A stretch of DNA of 64,000 nucleotides from Escherichia coli (GCF_003334315.1 NZ_QOWR01000013.1), one strand, 5' to 3'. Positions 11,787-25,189 are shown, counted from the stretch's first letter. Notes: generated by a model not told the origin, from the sequence alone. Program-made: numbers and translations.

Positions 11787-13076
11787 ATGGAAACGACTCA
11801 AACCAGCACGATTGCGTCGAAAGACTCTCGTAGTGCCTGGCGCAAGACAGACACCATGTGGATGTTGGGCCTTTACGGCACGGCAATCGGCGCGGGCGTG
11901 CTGTTCCTGCCAATCAACGCCGGTGTTGGCGGTATGATCCCGCTGATCATCATGGCTATCCTTGCGTTCCCGATGACATTTTTTGCACACCGCGGCCTGA
12001 CTCGCTTCGTACTGTCTGGTAAAAACCCGGGCGAAGACATCACCGAGGTTGTAGAAGAACACTTTGGTATTGGCGCAGGTAAACTGATTACCCTGCTCTA
12101 TTTCTTCGCTATCTACCCGATCCTGCTGGTTTATAGCGTAGCAATCACCAATACAGTTGAAAGCTTCATGTCTCACCAGCTGGGTATGACACCACCGCCG
12201 CGTGCGATTCTGTCGCTGATCCTGATCGTGGGTATGATGACCATCGTTCGCTTCGGTGAGCAGATGATCGTTAAAGCGATGAGTATTCTGGTATTCCCGT
12301 TTGTTGGCGTACTGATGCTGCTGGCTCTGTACCTGATCCCGCAGTGGAACGGCGCAGCACTGGAAACGCTGTCTCTGGACACTGCATCTGCAACCGGGAA
12401 CGGTCTGTGGATGACCCTGTGGCTGGCAATTCCGGTAATGGTGTTCTCGTTCAACCACTCTCCGATCATCTCTTCTTTCGCCGTTGCGAAGCGTGAAGAG
12501 TACGGCGATATGGCAGAACAGAAATGCTCGAAGATCCTTGCATTCGCACACATCATGATGGTGCTGACCGTAATGTTCTTCGTCTTCAGCTGCGTACTGA
12601 GCCTGACTCCGGCAGACCTGGCTGCGGCTAAAGAGCAGAACATCTCGATTCTGTCTTACCTGGCTAACCACTTTAACGCACCGGTTATCGCGTGGATGGC
12701 TCCGATTATCGCGATTATCGCTATCACCAAATCCTTCCTCGGCCACTACCTGGGCGCACGTGAAGGCTTCAACGGTATGGTGATTAAATCTCTGCGTGGT
12801 AAAGGTAAGTCTATCGAAATCAACAAGCTGAACCGTATCACTGCGCTGTTCATGCTGGTAACGACCTGGATTGTTGCCACCCTGAACCCGAGCATCCTGG
12901 GTATGATTGAAACCCTGGGCGGCCCAATCATCGCGATGATCCTGTTCCTGATGCCGATGTACGCAATTCAGAAAGTACCGGCAATGCGTAAGTACAGCGG
13001 TCACATCAGCAACGTATTCGTTGTCGTGATGGGTCTGATTGCAATCTCCGCAATCTTCTACTCTCTGTTCAGCTAA
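11787..13076 (+). CDS. sdaC: Serine:H+ symporter SdaC (HAAAP family), 429 aa
   Basis: [42 protein letters not shown]; multi-helix membrane protein; GGAG RBS. Confidence 0.95.
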   Translation: METTQTSTIASKDSRSAWRKTDTMWMLGLYGTAIGAGVLFLPINAGVGGMIPLIIMAILAFPMTFFAHRGLTRFVLSGKNPGEDITEVVEEHFGIGAGKLITLLYFFAIYPILLVYSVAITNTVESFMSHQLGMTPPPRAILSLILIVGMMTIVRFGEQMIVKAMSILVFPFVGVLMLLALYLIPQWNGAALETLSLDTASATGNGLWMTLWLAIPVMVFSFNHSPIISSFAVAKREEYGDMAEQKCSKILAFAHIMMVLTVMFFVFSCVLSLTPADLAAAKEQNISILSYLANHFNAPVIAWMAPIIAIIAITKSFLGHYLGAREGFNGMVIKSLRGKGKSIEINKLNRITALFMLVTTWIVATLNPSILGMIETLGGPIIAMILFLMPMYAIQKVPAMRKYSGHISNVFVVVMGLIAISAIFYSLFS

Positions 13077-13133
13077 GTCCTTTCGCGCCGCTTTCGGGCG
13101 GCGCTTCCTCCGTTTTAACGCGATGTATTTCCT

Positions 13134-14501
13134 ATGATTAGCGTATTCGATATTTTCAAAATCGGCATTGGCCCTTCCAGTTCTCATACCGTTGGACCAA
13201 TGAAAGCGGGTAAACAATTTACCGACGATCTGATTGCCCGTAATCTGCTTAAAGACGTGACCCGCGTGGTGGTTGACGTGTACGGCTCGCTCTCTCTGAC
13301 CGGTAAAGGCCACCACACTGATATCGCCATTATTATGGGCCTGGCGGGTAACCTGCCGGATACCGTGGATATCGATTCCATCCCTGGTTTTATTCAGGAT
13401 GTGAATACTCATGGTCGCCTGATGCTGGCAAACGGTCAGCATGAAGTGGAGTTCCCGGTTGATCAGTGCATGAACTTCCATGCAGACAACCTTTCTCTGC
13501 ATGAAAACGGTATGCGCATTACCGCGCTGGCGGGCGATAAAGTCGTTTACAGCCAGACTTACTACTCTATTGGCGGTGGCTTTATCGTTGATGAAGAGCA
13601 TTTTGGCCAGCAGAATAGCGCACCGGTTGAAGTTCCTTATCCGTACAGTTCAGCAGCCGATCTGCAAAAACATTGTCAGGAAACCGGGCTGTCACTCTCT
13701 GGCCTGATGATGAAAAATGAGCTGGCGCTGCACAGCAAAGAAGAGCTGGAACAGCACCTGGCGAACGTATGGGAAGTCATGCGTGGCGGTATTGAGCGCG
13801 GTATTTCCACCGAAGGCGTGTTGCCTGGCAAACTGCGCGTTCCACGCCGTGCTGCGGCACTACGCCGGATGCTGGTCAGCCAGGATAAAACCACCACTGA
13901 CCCGATGGCGGTTGTTGACTGGATCAACATGTTTGCACTGGCAGTGAACGAAGAGAACGCTGCTGGCGGACGCGTGGTGACTGCGCCGACTAACGGTGCG
14001 TGCGGGATTATCCCGGCAGTGCTGGCGTACTACGACAAGTTTATCCGCGAAGTGAACGCTAACTCACTGGCTCGTTACCTGCTGGTAGCCAGTGCCATTG
14101 GTTCTCTTTATAAGATGAACGCGTCAATTTCTGGTGCTGAAGTCGGCTGCCAGGGTGAAGTTGGTGTGGCGTGCTCAATGGCGGCGGCTGGTCTGGCAGA
14201 ACTGTTAGGTGCAAGCCCGGCGCAGGTGTGCATCGCGGCGGAAATCGCCATGGAGCACAACCTCGGTCTGACGTGTGACCCGGTCGCCGGACAGGTCCAG
14301 GTGCCATGCATCGAGCGTAACGCCATTGCGGCAGTAAAAGCGGTGAACGCCGCACGTATGGCGCTACGCCGTACCAGCGAGCCGCGCGTCTGCCTCGATA
14401 AAGTTATCGAAACCATGTACGAAACAGGTAAAGATATGAACGCCAAGTACCGCGAAACCTCTCGCGGCGGCCTGGCAATGAAGATCGTTGCCTGCGATTA
14501 A
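13134..14501 (+). CDS. sdaB: L-serine deaminase II (Fe-S L-serine dehydratase), 455 aa
   Basis: 455-aa ORF immediately downstream of sdaC; recognised from memory. Confidence 0.95.
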   Translation: MISVFDIFKIGIGPSSSHTVGPMKAGKQFTDDLIARNLLKDVTRVVVDVYGSLSLTGKGHHTDIAIIMGLAGNLPDTVDIDSIPGFIQDVNTHGRLMLANGQHEVEFPVDQCMNFHADNLSLHENGMRITALAGDKVVYSQTYYSIGGGFIVDEEHFGQQNSAPVEVPYPYSSAADLQKHCQETGLSLSGLMMKNELALHSKEELEQHLANVWEVMRGGIERGISTEGVLPGKLRVPRRAAALRRMLVSQDKTTTDPMAVVDWINMFALAVNEENAAGGRVVTAPTNGACGIIPAVLAYYDKFIREVNANSLARYLLVASAIGSLYKMNASISGAEVGCQGEVGVACSMAAAGLAELLGASPAQVCIAAEIAMEHNLGLTCDPVAGQVQVPCIERNAIAAVKAVNAARMALRRTSEPRVCLDKVIETMYETGKDMNAKYRETSRGGLAMKIVACD

Positions 14502-15368
<867 letters not shown>

Positions 15369-15374
15369 CGGCGA

Positions 15375-15404
15375 GCCGGATACGCCGCAAACGTCGTATC
15401 CGGC
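15375..15404. repeat. REP-like palindrome between convergent xni and fucO; likely bidirectional terminator
   Basis: GCCGGATACG...CGTATCCGGC inverted repeat read directly. Confidence 0.65.
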
Positions 15405-15422
15405 ATTATCACATCAGCGCAT

Positions 15423-16571
15423 TTACCAGGCGGTATGGTAAAGCTCTACAATATCCTCAAGCGTTGCTTCACGCGGGTTGCCACCGGTACAAACATCATC
15501 CAGTGCCGCCTGCGCCAGTGCCGGAATGTCTTCCTTGCGTACACCAACATCACGCAAATGTGGCGGAATACCGACATCACGGTTGAGAGCAAACACCGCT
15601 TCAACAGCGGCATTACGCGCCTCTTCCAGGCTCATACCTTCCACTTTCACGCCCATAACGCGCGCGATATCGCGGTACTTCTCACCGGTAAAGTCAGCGT
15701 TATAACGCATGACATGCGGTAACAGGATGGCGTTCGCAACACCGTGTGGAGTGTTATAAAACGCGCCCAGTGGATGCGCCATACCATGCACCAACCCTAA
15801 CCCAACATTCGAGAAGCCCATACCCGCAACATACTGCCCGAGCGCCATTTCTTCTCCGGCATCCTTATCACCAGCAACCGATCCTCGCAGCGCCCCAGCA
15901 ATGATTTCAATCGCTTTAATGTGCAGTGCATCGGTTAGCGCCCACGCGCCACGGGTAATATACCCCTCAATAGCATGAGTGAGCGCATCGACACCCGTCG
16001 CAGCTTTCAGCGCTGGAGGCATACCATCCATCATGTCAGCGTCAATAAACGCCACCTGCGGGATATCATGCGGATCAACGCAAACAAACTTGCGCCGTTT
16101 CTCTTCGTCAGTGATCACGTAGTTAATGGTCACTTCTGCCGCAGTACCTGCTGTGGTAGGAATTGCCAGAATCGGTACACTGGGTTTATTGGTCGGGGAA
16201 AGCCCTTCCAGGCTACGCACATCGGCAAACTCCGGGTTGTTGCTGATAATGCCAATCGCTTTACAAGTATCCTGTGGAGAACCACCACCAATAGCGATCA
16301 GGTAATCCGCGCCGCTATTCTGGAATACACCGAGCCCTTCTTTGACGACAGTAATTGTTGGGTTGGGCACTACGCCGTCGTAAATCGCCCATGCCAGCCC
16401 TGCAGCATCCATCTTATCGGTCACTTTCGCCACCACGCCGCATTGCACCAGCGTTTTATCGGTGACGATCAGCGCCTTCTGATAACCACGGCGTTTCACC
16501 TCATCGGTTAAAGCCCCAACAGCACCCCGACCAAACCATGCCGTTTCGTTCAGAATCATTCTGTTAGCCAT
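15423..16571 (-). CDS. fucO: L-1,2-propanediol oxidoreductase (lactaldehyde reductase), iron-containing alcohol dehydrogenase, 382 aa
   Basis: ORF 15423..16574 (MMANRMILNETAWFGRGAVGAL); second Met chosen; Fe-ADH family motifs. Confidence 0.93.
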   Translation of the reverse strand: MANRMILNETAWFGRGAVGALTDEVKRRGYQKALIVTDKTLVQCGVVAKVTDKMDAAGLAWAIYDGVVPNPTITVVKEGLGVFQNSGADYLIAIGGGSPQDTCKAIGIISNNPEFADVRSLEGLSPTNKPSVPILAIPTTAGTAAEVTINYVITDEEKRRKFVCVDPHDIPQVAFIDADMMDGMPPALKAATGVDALTHAIEGYITRGAWALTDALHIKAIEIIAGALRGSVAGDKDAGEEMALGQYVAGMGFSNVGLGLVHGMAHPLGAFYNTPHGVANAILLPHVMRYNADFTGEKYRDIARVMGVKVEGMSLEEARNAAVEAVFALNRDVGIPPHLRDVGVRKEDIPALAQAALDDVCTGGNPREATLEDIVELYHTAW

Positions 16572-16598
16572 CATCCTTCTCCTTGTTGCTTTACGAAA

Positions 16599-17246
16599 TT
16601 ACTCTTCAATTCGTAACCCATAGGTTTTGAATTTCTCCAGCACTACGGCAATCTCTTCATCGCTCAGCACTGGCACCGGGTCCGTAATCGCCAGGGTCGT
16701 CAGGTAAAGTTGCGCCAGCACTTCAACTTCATGCGCCAGCCATAACGCTTTTTCCAGATTCACCTCACAAGCGATAAGCCCATGATGTTGTAACAAAGTT
16801 GCCTTACGATTTTTGAGAGCCAGCGCAACATGTTCAGAAAGTTCGCGTGTTCCAAAGGTCGCATAAGGCGCGCAAGGAATAGAATTACCGCCAGCCGCCG
16901 CAATCATGTAGTGAATAGCGGGGATCGATCGGTTAAGAATGGAAACTGCCGTGCAATGAACGGCATGATTGTGAACAACCGCGTTGGCATCCGGTCTGCT
17001 TTGATAGGCTGCCATATGGAAACGCCATTCGCTTGAGGGGAGCTTTCCTTCCTCATGTTTACCGTTGCCATCAATAAAGACAATATGCGACTCCGTCAGT
17101 TTTTCATATGGAATGCCTGTAGGCGTAATCAGCATCCCATCCTGATAACGTACACTGACGTTCCCCGCTGTCCCCTGGTTCAGTCCCAGGCGGGTCATTT
17201 CCAGGCAAGTGTCAATAATCTGACGAGCAAGTTTATTTCGTTCCAT
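16599..17246 (-). CDS. fucA: L-fuculose-1-phosphate aldolase (class II), 215 aa
   Basis: 215-aa ORF recognised from memory. Confidence 0.95.
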   Translation of the reverse strand: MERNKLARQIIDTCLEMTRLGLNQGTAGNVSVRYQDGMLITPTGIPYEKLTESHIVFIDGNGKHEEGKLPSSEWRFHMAAYQSRPDANAVVHNHAVHCTAVSILNRSIPAIHYMIAAAGGNSIPCAPYATFGTRELSEHVALALKNRKATLLQHHGLIACEVNLEKALWLAHEVEVLAQLYLTTLAITDPVPVLSDEEIAVVLEKFKTYGLRIEE

Positions 17247-17372
17247 TAGCTACCTCTCTCTGATTCAAAACAGGGCAATAATGTTGTTCCTTTCACACTA
17301 TTGAATTAGCCGTTTAATTACCCACCATCTTCTTCCTGATTAACAAGAAAGAAATTCACAAGCTTATATTTT

Positions 17373-17530
17373 GTGACCTGGTTCAACTAATCACAGTAAA
17401 TAACTGCAAGTTCTCTTTTTATAACCCCATTAAAAATGACCGCTCTTAAAAATATTTATCAAAACGGTCATTTTTCTATTCCTCCAAGCCCGGAATGACC
17501 GTTTTCGGCACAAACAATTAATACGGTCAT
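17373..17530. promoter_or_regulatory. Divergent fucAO / fucPIKUR control region: CRP-like half-sites (TGTGA-N6-TCAAC at 17373-17388) and four phased ATGACCG / CGGTCAT heptamers
   Basis: Heptamers at 17436, 17465, 17495 and 17524 in alternating orientation with 29-30 bp spacing, each in an A/T-rich context; read directly. Confidence 0.5.
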
Positions 17531-17792
17531 CTGATTTGTGTTTTTTATGATTTATTTTCTGAAACGGGCATGAAATTTCGATTATTAAAGTGATGGTAGT
17601 CACATAAAGTCACCTTCTAGCTAATAAGTGTGACCGCCGTCATATTACAGAGCGTTTTTTATTTGAAAATGAATCCATGAGTTCATTTCAGACAGGCAAA
17701 TATTCACTGATATGAAGCCCGAACTCGCTGGTTTTGCACTTTTGAAAACATAACCGATTACGTGCTTAAGCTTCTGAACCTAAGAGGATGCT

Positions 17793-19109
17793 ATGGGAAA
17801 CACATCAATACAAACGCAGAGTTACCGTGCGGTAGATAAAGATGCAGGGCAAAGCAGAAGTTACATTATTCCATTCGCGCTGCTGTGCTCACTGTTTTTT
17901 CTTTGGGCGGTAGCCAATAACCTTAACGACATTTTATTACCTCAATTCCAGCAGGCTTTTACGCTGACAAATTTCCAGGCTGGCCTGATCCAATCGGCCT
18001 TTTACTTTGGTTATTTCATTATCCCAATCCCTGCTGGGATATTGATGAAAAAACTCAGTTATAAAGCAGGGATTATTACCGGGTTATTTTTATATGCCTT
18101 GGGTGCTGCATTATTCTGGCCCGCCGCAGAAATAATGAACCACACCTTATTTTTAGTTGGCCTATTTATTATTGCAGCCGGATTAGGTTGTCTGGAAACT
18201 GCCGCAAACCCTTTTGTTACGGTATTAGGGCCGGAAAGTAGTGGTCACTTCCGCTTAAATCTTGCGCAAACATTTAACTCGTTTGGCGCAATTATCGCGG
18301 TTGTCTTTGGGCAAAGTCTTATTTTGTCTAACGTGCCACATCAATCGCAAGACGTTCTCGATAAAATGTCTCCAGAGCAATTGAGTGCGTATAAACACAG
18401 CCTGGTATTATCGGTACAGACACCTTATATGATCATCGTGGCTATCGTGTTACTGGTCGCCCTGCTGATCATGCTGACGAAATTCCCGGCATTGCAGAGT
18501 GATAATCACAGTGACGCCAAACAAGGATCGTTCTCCGCATCGCTTTCTCGCCTGGCGCGTATTCGCCACTGGCGCTGGGCGGTATTAGCGCAATTCTGCT
18601 ATGTCGGCGCACAAACGGCCTGCTGGAGCTATTTGATTCGCTACGCTGTAGAAGAAATTCCAGGTATGACTGCAGGCTTTGCCGCTAACTATTTAACCGG
18701 AACCATGGTGTGCTTCTTTATTGGTCGTTTCACCGGTACCTGGCTCATCAGTCGCTTCGCACCACACAAAGTCCTGGCCGCCTACGCATTAATCGCTATG
18801 GCACTGTGCCTGATCTCAGCCTTCGCTGGCGGTCATGTGGGCTTAATAGCCCTGACTTTATGCAGCGCCTTTATGTCGATTCAGTACCCAACAATCTTCT
18901 CGCTGGGCATTAAGAATCTCGGCCAGGACACCAAATATGGTTCGTCCTTCATCGTTATGACCATTATTGGCGGCGGTATTGTCACTCCGGTCATGGGTTT
19001 TGTCAGTGACGCGGCGGGCAACATCCCCACTGCTGAACTGATCCCCGCACTCTGCTTCGCGGTCATCTTTATCTTTGCCCGTTTCCGTTCTCAAACGGCA
19101 ACTAACTGA
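17793..19109 (+). CDS. fucP: L-fucose:H+ symporter (MFS), 438 aa
   Basis: 438-aa membrane protein ORF; AAGAGGA RBS. Confidence 0.95.
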   Translation: MGNTSIQTQSYRAVDKDAGQSRSYIIPFALLCSLFFLWAVANNLNDILLPQFQQAFTLTNFQAGLIQSAFYFGYFIIPIPAGILMKKLSYKAGIITGLFLYALGAALFWPAAEIMNHTLFLVGLFIIAAGLGCLETAANPFVTVLGPESSGHFRLNLAQTFNSFGAIIAVVFGQSLILSNVPHQSQDVLDKMSPEQLSAYKHSLVLSVQTPYMIIVAIVLLVALLIMLTKFPALQSDNHSDAKQGSFSASLSRLARIRHWRWAVLAQFCYVGAQTACWSYLIRYAVEEIPGMTAGFAANYLTGTMVCFFIGRFTGTWLISRFAPHKVLAAYALIAMALCLISAFAGGHVGLIALTLCSAFMSIQYPTIFSLGIKNLGQDTKYGSSFIVMTIIGGGIVTPVMGFVSDAAGNIPTAELIPALCFAVIFIFARFRSQTATN

Positions 19110-19141
19110 ACATATTTTCCGAATAAAGTGAGGAATCTGTA

Positions 19142-20917
19142 ATGAAAAAAATCAGCTTACCGAAAATTGGTATCCGCCCGGTTATTGACGGTCGTCGCAT
19201 GGGTGTTCGTGAGTCGCTTGAAGAACAAACAATGAATATGGCGAAAGCTACGGCCGCACTGCTGACCGAGAAACTGCGCCATGCCTGCGGAGCTGCCGTC
19301 GAGTGTGTCATTTCCGATACCTGTATCGCGGGTATGGCTGAAGCCGCTGCTTGCGAAGAAAAATTCAGCAGTCAGAATGTAGGCCTCACCATTACGGTAA
19401 CGCCTTGCTGGTGCTATGGCAGTGAAACCATCGACATGGATCCAACCCGCCCGAAAGCCATTTGGGGCTTTAACGGCACTGAACGTCCCGGCGCTGTTTA
19501 CCTGGCAGCGGCTCTGGCAGCTCACAGCCAGAAAGGCATCCCGGCATTCTCCATTTACGGTCATGACGTTCAGGATGCCGATGACACATCGATTCCTGCC
19601 GATGTTGAAGAAAAACTGCTGCGCTTTGCCCGCGCCGGTTTGGCCGTCGCCAGCATGAAAGGTAAAAGCTATCTGTCGCTGGGCGGCGTTTCGATGGGTA
19701 TCGCCGGTTCTATTGTTGATCACAACTTCTTTGAATCCTGGCTGGGAATGAAAGTCCAGGCGGTGGATATGACCGAACTGCGTCGCCGTATCGATCAGCA
19801 GATTTACGACGAAGCCGAACTGGAAATGGCGCTGGCCTGGGCTGATAAAAACTTCCGCTATGGCGAAGATGAAAATAACAAACAGTATCAACGTAATGCC
19901 GAGCAAAGCCGCGCAGTTCTGCGCGAAAGTTTACTGATGGCGATGTGTATCCGCGACATGATGCAAGGCAACAGCAAACTGGCCGATATTGGTCGCGTGG
20001 AAGAATCACTTGGCTACAACGCCATCGCTGCGGGCTTCCAGGGGCAACGTCACTGGACCGATCAATATCCCAATGGTGACACCGCCGAAGCGATCCTCAA
20101 CAGTTCATTTGACTGGAATGGCGTGCGCGAACCCTTTGTCGTGGCGACCGAAAACGACAGTCTTAACGGCGTGGCAATGCTAATGGGTCACCAGCTCACC
20201 GGCACCGCTCAGGTATTTGCCGATGTGCGTACCTACTGGTCACCAGAAGCAATTGAGCGTGTAACGGGGCATAAACTGGATGGACTGGCAGAACACGGCA
20301 TCATCCATTTGATCAACTCCGGTTCTGCTGCGCTGGACGGTTCCTGTAAACAACGCGACAGCGAAGGTAACCCGACGATGAAGCCACACTGGGAAATCTC
20401 TCAGCAAGAGGCTGACGCTTGCCTCGCCGCTACCGAATGGTGCCCGGCGATCCACGAATACTTCCGTGGCGGCGGTTACTCTTCCCGCTTCCTTACCGAA
20501 GGCGGCGTCCCGTTCACCATGACTCGTGTCAACATCATCAAAGGCCTGGGACCGGTACTGCAAATCGCGGAAGGCTGGAGCGTGGAATTGCCGAAGGATG
20601 TGCATGACATCCTCAACAAACGCACCAACTCAACCTGGCCAACCACCTGGTTTGCACCGCGCCTCACCGGTAAAGGGCCGTTTACGGATGTGTACTCGGT
20701 AATGGCGAACTGGGGCGCTAACCATGGGGTTCTGACCATCGGCCACGTTGGCGCAGACTTTATCACTCTCGCCTCCATGCTGCGTATCCCGGTATGTATG
20801 CACAACGTTGAAGAGACCAAAGTGTATCGTCCTTCTGCCTGGGCTGCGCACGGCATGGATATTGAAGGCCAGGATTACCGCGCTTGCCAGAACTACGGTC
20901 CGTTGTACAAGCGTTAA
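19142..20917 (+). CDS. fucI: L-fucose isomerase, 591 aa
   Basis: 591-aa ORF recognised from memory. Confidence 0.96.
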   Translation: MKKISLPKIGIRPVIDGRRMGVRESLEEQTMNMAKATAALLTEKLRHACGAAVECVISDTCIAGMAEAAACEEKFSSQNVGLTITVTPCWCYGSETIDMDPTRPKAIWGFNGTERPGAVYLAAALAAHSQKGIPAFSIYGHDVQDADDTSIPADVEEKLLRFARAGLAVASMKGKSYLSLGGVSMGIAGSIVDHNFFESWLGMKVQAVDMTELRRRIDQQIYDEAELEMALAWADKNFRYGEDENNKQYQRNAEQSRAVLRESLLMAMCIRDMMQGNSKLADIGRVEESLGYNAIAAGFQGQRHWTDQYPNGDTAEAILNSSFDWNGVREPFVVATENDSLNGVAMLMGHQLTGTAQVFADVRTYWSPEAIERVTGHKLDGLAEHGIIHLINSGSAALDGSCKQRDSEGNPTMKPHWEISQQEADACLAATEWCPAIHEYFRGGGYSSRFLTEGGVPFTMTRVNIIKGLGPVLQIAEGWSVELPKDVHDILNKRTNSTWPTTWFAPRLTGKGPFTDVYSVMANWGANHGVLTIGHVGADFITLASMLRIPVCMHNVEETKVYRPSAWAAHGMDIEGQDYRACQNYGPLYKR

Positions 20918-21025
20918 TACATTACTCCCTGATGTGATGCCCGGTCGCTCCGGCTACCGGGCCTGAACAAGCAAGAGTGGTTAGCCGGATAAGCAATGTT
21001 ATCCGGCTATATTGCAGGAGCGATT

Positions 21026-22444
21026 ATGAAACAAGAAGTTATCCTGGTACTCGACTGTGGCGCGACCAATGTCAGGGCCATCGCGGTTAATCGGCAGGGC
21101 AAAATTGTTGCCCGCGCCTCAACGCCTAATGCCAGCGATATCGCGATGGAAAACAACACCTGGCACCAGTGGTCTTTAGACGCCATTTTGCAACGCTTTG
21201 CTGATTGCTGTCGGCAAATCAATAGTGAACTGACTGAATGCCACATCCGCGGTATCGCCGTCACCACCTTTGGTGTGGATGGAGCTCTGGTAGATAAGCA
21301 AGGCAATCTGCTCTATCCGATCATTAGCTGGAAATGTCCGCGAACAGCAGCGGTTATGGACAATATTAAACGGTTAATCTCCGCACAGCGGTTGCAGGCT
21401 ATTTCTGGCGTCGGAGCCTTTAGTTTCAATACGTTATATAAGTTGGTGTGGTTGAAAGAAAATCATCCACAACTGCTGGAACGCGCGCACGCCTGGCTCT
21501 TCATTTCGTCGCTGATTAACCACCGTTTAACCGGCGAATTCACTACTGATATCACGATGGCCGGAACCAGCCAGATGCTGGATATCCAGCAACGCGATTT
21601 CAGTCCGCAAATTTTACAAGCCACCGGTATTCCATGCCGACTCTTCCCTCGTCTGGTGGAAGCGGGTGAACAGATTGGTACGCTACAGAACAGCGCCGCA
21701 GCAATGCTCGGCTTACCCGTTGGCATACCGGTGATTTCCGCAGGTCACGATACCCAGTTCGCCCTTTTTGGCGCTGGTGCCGAACAAAATGAACCAGTGC
21801 TCTCCTCCGGTACATGGGAAATTTTAATGGTCCGTAGCGCCCAGATTGATACTTCGCTGTTAAGTCAGTACGCCGGTTCCACCTGCGAACTGGATAGCCA
21901 GGCAGGGTTGTATAACCCAGGTATGCAATGGCTGGCATCCGGCGTGCTGGAATGGGTGAGAAAACTGTTCTGGACGGCTGAAACACCCTGGCAAATGTTG
22001 ATTGAAGAAGCTCGTCTGATCGCACCTGGCGCGGATGGCGTGAAAATGCAGTGTGATTTATTGTCGTGTCAGAACGCTGGCTGGCAAGGAGTGACGCTTA
22101 ATACTACGCGGGGGCATTTCTATCGCGCGGCGCTGGAAGGGTTAACCGCGCAATTACAGCGCAATCTACAGATGCTGGAAAAAATCGGGCACTTTAAAGC
22201 CTCTGAATTATTGTTAGTCGGCGGAGGAAGTCGCAACACATTGTGGAATCAGATTAAAGCCAATATGCTTGATATTCCGGTAAAAGTTCTCGACGATGCC
22301 GAAACGACCGTCGCAGGAGCTGCGCTGTTCGGTTGGTATGGCGTAGGGGAATTTAACAGCCCGGAAGAAGCCCGTGCACAGATTCATTATCAGTACCGTT
22401 ATTTCTACCCGCAAACTGAACCTGAATTTATAGAGGAAGTGTGA
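21026..22444 (+). CDS. fucK: L-fuculokinase (FGGY kinase family)
   Basis: ORF 20996..22444; start placed at ATG 21026 ([19 protein letters not shown]) with GGAG RBS; the upstream in-frame ATG is inside a REP-like hairpin. Confidence 0.9.
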
Positions 22445-22445
22445 A

Positions 22446-22868
22446 ATGCTGAAAACAATTTCGCCGTTAATTTCTCCCGAACTATTGAAAGTGCTGGCAG
22501 AGATGGGACATGGAGATGAAATTATTTTTTCCGATGCTCACTTTCCCGCCCATTCGATGGGACCGCAGGTGATCCGCGCTGATGGCCTGTTGGTGAGCGA
22601 CTTGCTCCAGGCGATTATCCCGTTATTTGAACTGGACAGTTATGCACCGCCGCTGGTGATGATGGCAGCGGTAGAAGGTGATACTCTCGATCCTGAAGTA
22701 GAACGACGTTACCGTAATGCGCTTTCACTACAAGCCCCGTGTCCTGACATCATCCGCATCAATCGTTTTGCGTTTTATGAACGGGCGCAAAAAGCCTTTG
22801 CGATCGTTATCACAGGCGAACGAGCGAAGTACGGGAATATTCTTTTAAAAAAAGGGGTAACACCGTAA
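22446..22868 (+). CDS. fucU: L-fucose mutarotase (RbsD/FucU family), 140 aa
   Basis: 140-aa ORF starting 2 nt after the fucK stop. Confidence 0.93.
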
Positions 22869-22925
22869 TCTCATACCGGTACGCCCGCATGACGCGGGCG
22901 GTTATCGAATGATGGGGTGAAAAAT

Positions 22926-23657
22926 ATGAAAGCGGCACGCCAGCAAGCGATAGTCGACCTGCTGCTGAACCATACCAGCCTGACCACGGAAGCTCTCTCT
23001 GAACAGCTAAAGGTCAGTAAAGAAACCATTCGTCGCGATCTCAATGAATTACAGACGCAGGGTAAAATTCTGCGCAATCATGGACGCGCTAAATATATCC
23101 ACCGTCAAAATCAAGACAGTGGCGATCCCTTTCACATCCGGCTGAAAAGCCATTATGCGCATAAAGCAGATATCGCGCGCGAGGCGCTCGCGTGGATTGA
23201 AGAAGGGATGGTGATAGCCTTAGACGCCAGTTCAACTTGCTGGTATCTGGCACGCCAGTTGCCTGACATCAACATTCAGGTCTTCACCAATAGCCATCCG
23301 ATTTGCCATGAACTCGGTAAACGCGAACGCATTCAACTGATCAGTTCCGGCGGCACACTTGAGCGCAAATATGGCTGTTACGTCAATCCCTCGCTGATTT
23401 CCCAACTTAAATCGCTGGAAATCGATCTGTTTATTTTTTCTTGTGAAGGGATCGATAGCAGCGGCGCACTGTGGGACTCCAATGCCATCAACGCTGATTA
23501 CAAATCGATGCTATTAAAACGTGCCGCGCAATCGTTGTTATTGATTGATAAAAGTAAATTTAATCGTTCAGGGGAAGCCCGCATCGGGCATCTGGATGAG
23601 GTAACGCACATTATTTCTGATGAGCGCCAGGTTGCAACTTCTTTGGTAACAGCCTGA
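22926..23657 (+). CDS. fucR: DeoR-family transcriptional activator of the fuc regulon, 243 aa
   Basis: ORF 22917..23657; start at MKAARQQAIVDLLL; N-terminal HTH and C-terminal sugar-phosphate-binding domain. Confidence 0.92.
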   Translation: MKAARQQAIVDLLLNHTSLTTEALSEQLKVSKETIRRDLNELQTQGKILRNHGRAKYIHRQNQDSGDPFHIRLKSHYAHKADIAREALAWIEEGMVIALDASSTCWYLARQLPDINIQVFTNSHPICHELGKRERIQLISSGGTLERKYGCYVNPSLISQLKSLEIDLFIFSCEGIDSSGALWDSNAINADYKSMLLKRAAQSLLLIDKSKFNRSGEARIGHLDEVTHIISDERQVATSLVTA

Positions 23658-23700
23658 CGGAAAGGGTAGCAGGCCGGAGACGACGCCCCGGCCTTGCCTG

Positions 23701-24801
23701 TTATCGCTCGTCGCGACGACCACCCACCGCAGCCCAGATGCGGCGGACGTGCACTGTCACTTCTTCGCGATCGTGATACAACTGCCGCGCCTGAATCTGA
23801 GCATTTATGCCATGTTCATCAAGCTGTGCCTGAATATACGCCAGATTGTGTGACACTTCTTCGTAGCGTTTTTTCATCGGCAGTTTGAGGTTGAAAATGG
23901 TTTCACGACACCAGCCATTAACCAGCCACTGCGCCATCAATGCCGCAACTTTCGCCGGTTTTTCAACCATATCGCATACCATCCAGGAGATATTGCTGCG
24001 CGTCGGACGGAATTTGAAACCGTCTTCCCGCAGCCACGTCACCTGTCCGGTATCCATCAGACTTTGCGCCATCGGGCCGTTGTCGACGGAATAAACCCAC
24101 ATGTTGCGCTTCACCAGTTGGTAGGTCCAGCCGCCAGGGCAAGCGCCTAAATCCACCGCCCACATCCCGTTCGCCAGGCGTTCATCCCACTCATCCGCAG
24201 GAATAAACACATGAAATGCCTCTTCCAGTTTGAGCGTGGAACGACTCGGCGCATCTGCCGGAAATTTCAGGCGCGGAATGCCCATATAGAACGGCGAATT
24301 ATTGTTGCTGTATGAGTAACCGGTATAGCAGCAGCCTGGTGCAATAAAGAATACATGCACAACCGGACGCTTCGGCGTTTCATAGTTCGCCAGCACCCCG
24401 GCATCGCGCAAGGCAGCGCGTAGCGGAACAGTAAATTTACGGCAGAATTTCAGCAACTCTTTGCTTTCGTTGGTATCGGCAACTTCAACACGCAGTTCAC
24501 CGCCCTTCTCTACTACGCCCTGTAACATGCCGACAATGGGGGTAATACGATCTTCTGGCGGCAAGTGCTGCAGGAGTTCCCCCACCACAAACCACTGGCG
24601 GGCAAAAATTAATGAACTGAACGGCAGCTCACGGATTAACTTATCGCCATCATCAGGTTGATAACATTCATAAATGACATAACCCGCATTCTCTTTCACG
24701 CGGGCAAAACCGAAAATTTCCCGCTGGCCGGCTTTATCGGTAATTTCTGCGGCGCACTCTTTTTCAAAGCCCGGACGGCACAGCAATACAACCTTATTCA
24801 T
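23701..24801 (-). CDS. rlmM: 23S rRNA 2'-O-ribose C2498 methyltransferase RlmM, 366 aa
   Basis: 366-aa ORF recognised from memory. Confidence 0.9.
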
Positions 24802-25189
24802 GACTTACGCCCTTGCGCTTTAAACGGATAGCACCAACTAACATTAACGCCCAGCCCGCGAGGAAGCTCACGCCGCCAACCGGAGTGACAAACGCCCACA
24901 AACGCAGATGGGACAGCGCCAGGCAATAAAGGCTGCCGCTGAACAACACCGTGCCTAACGCGAGGAAAACGCTACTCCAGTAAAACCAGATACTGATGCG
25001 ACGCTGCATTGCCACCGCCAGACCTAAGATCGCCAGCGTATGAAACGCCTGGTATTCGAGGCCGGTCTGGATCCAGCCCATCTCAACGGCCCCCATGGTT
25101 TTACTTAACACATGCGCGCCAAAAGCGCCCAGAGCCACAAAAATGAAGCCGCTAATGGCGGCGAAAATCAGCATAAAACGGCTGGTCAT
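24794..25189 (-). CDS. ygdD: DUF423 inner-membrane protein, 131 aa
   Basis: Hydrophobic 131-aa ORF overlapping the rlmM start by 8 nt. Confidence 0.85.

Noticed and set aside
11760-13601. 613-aa ORF on the minus strand
   Set aside because: It lies antisense to sdaC and the sdaB 5' end, whose sense-strand products are clearly recognisable; the translation is Arg/His/Gln-rich with no domain-like motifs. Long antisense ORFs are common in GC-rich coding DNA.
20982-21009. Upstream in-frame ATG that would extend fucK by 10 codons
   Set aside because: The extension starts inside a REP-like hairpin (TAGCCGGATAAGCAATGTTATCCGGCTA) and lacks an RBS, whereas the ATG at 21026 has a GGAG at optimal spacing.
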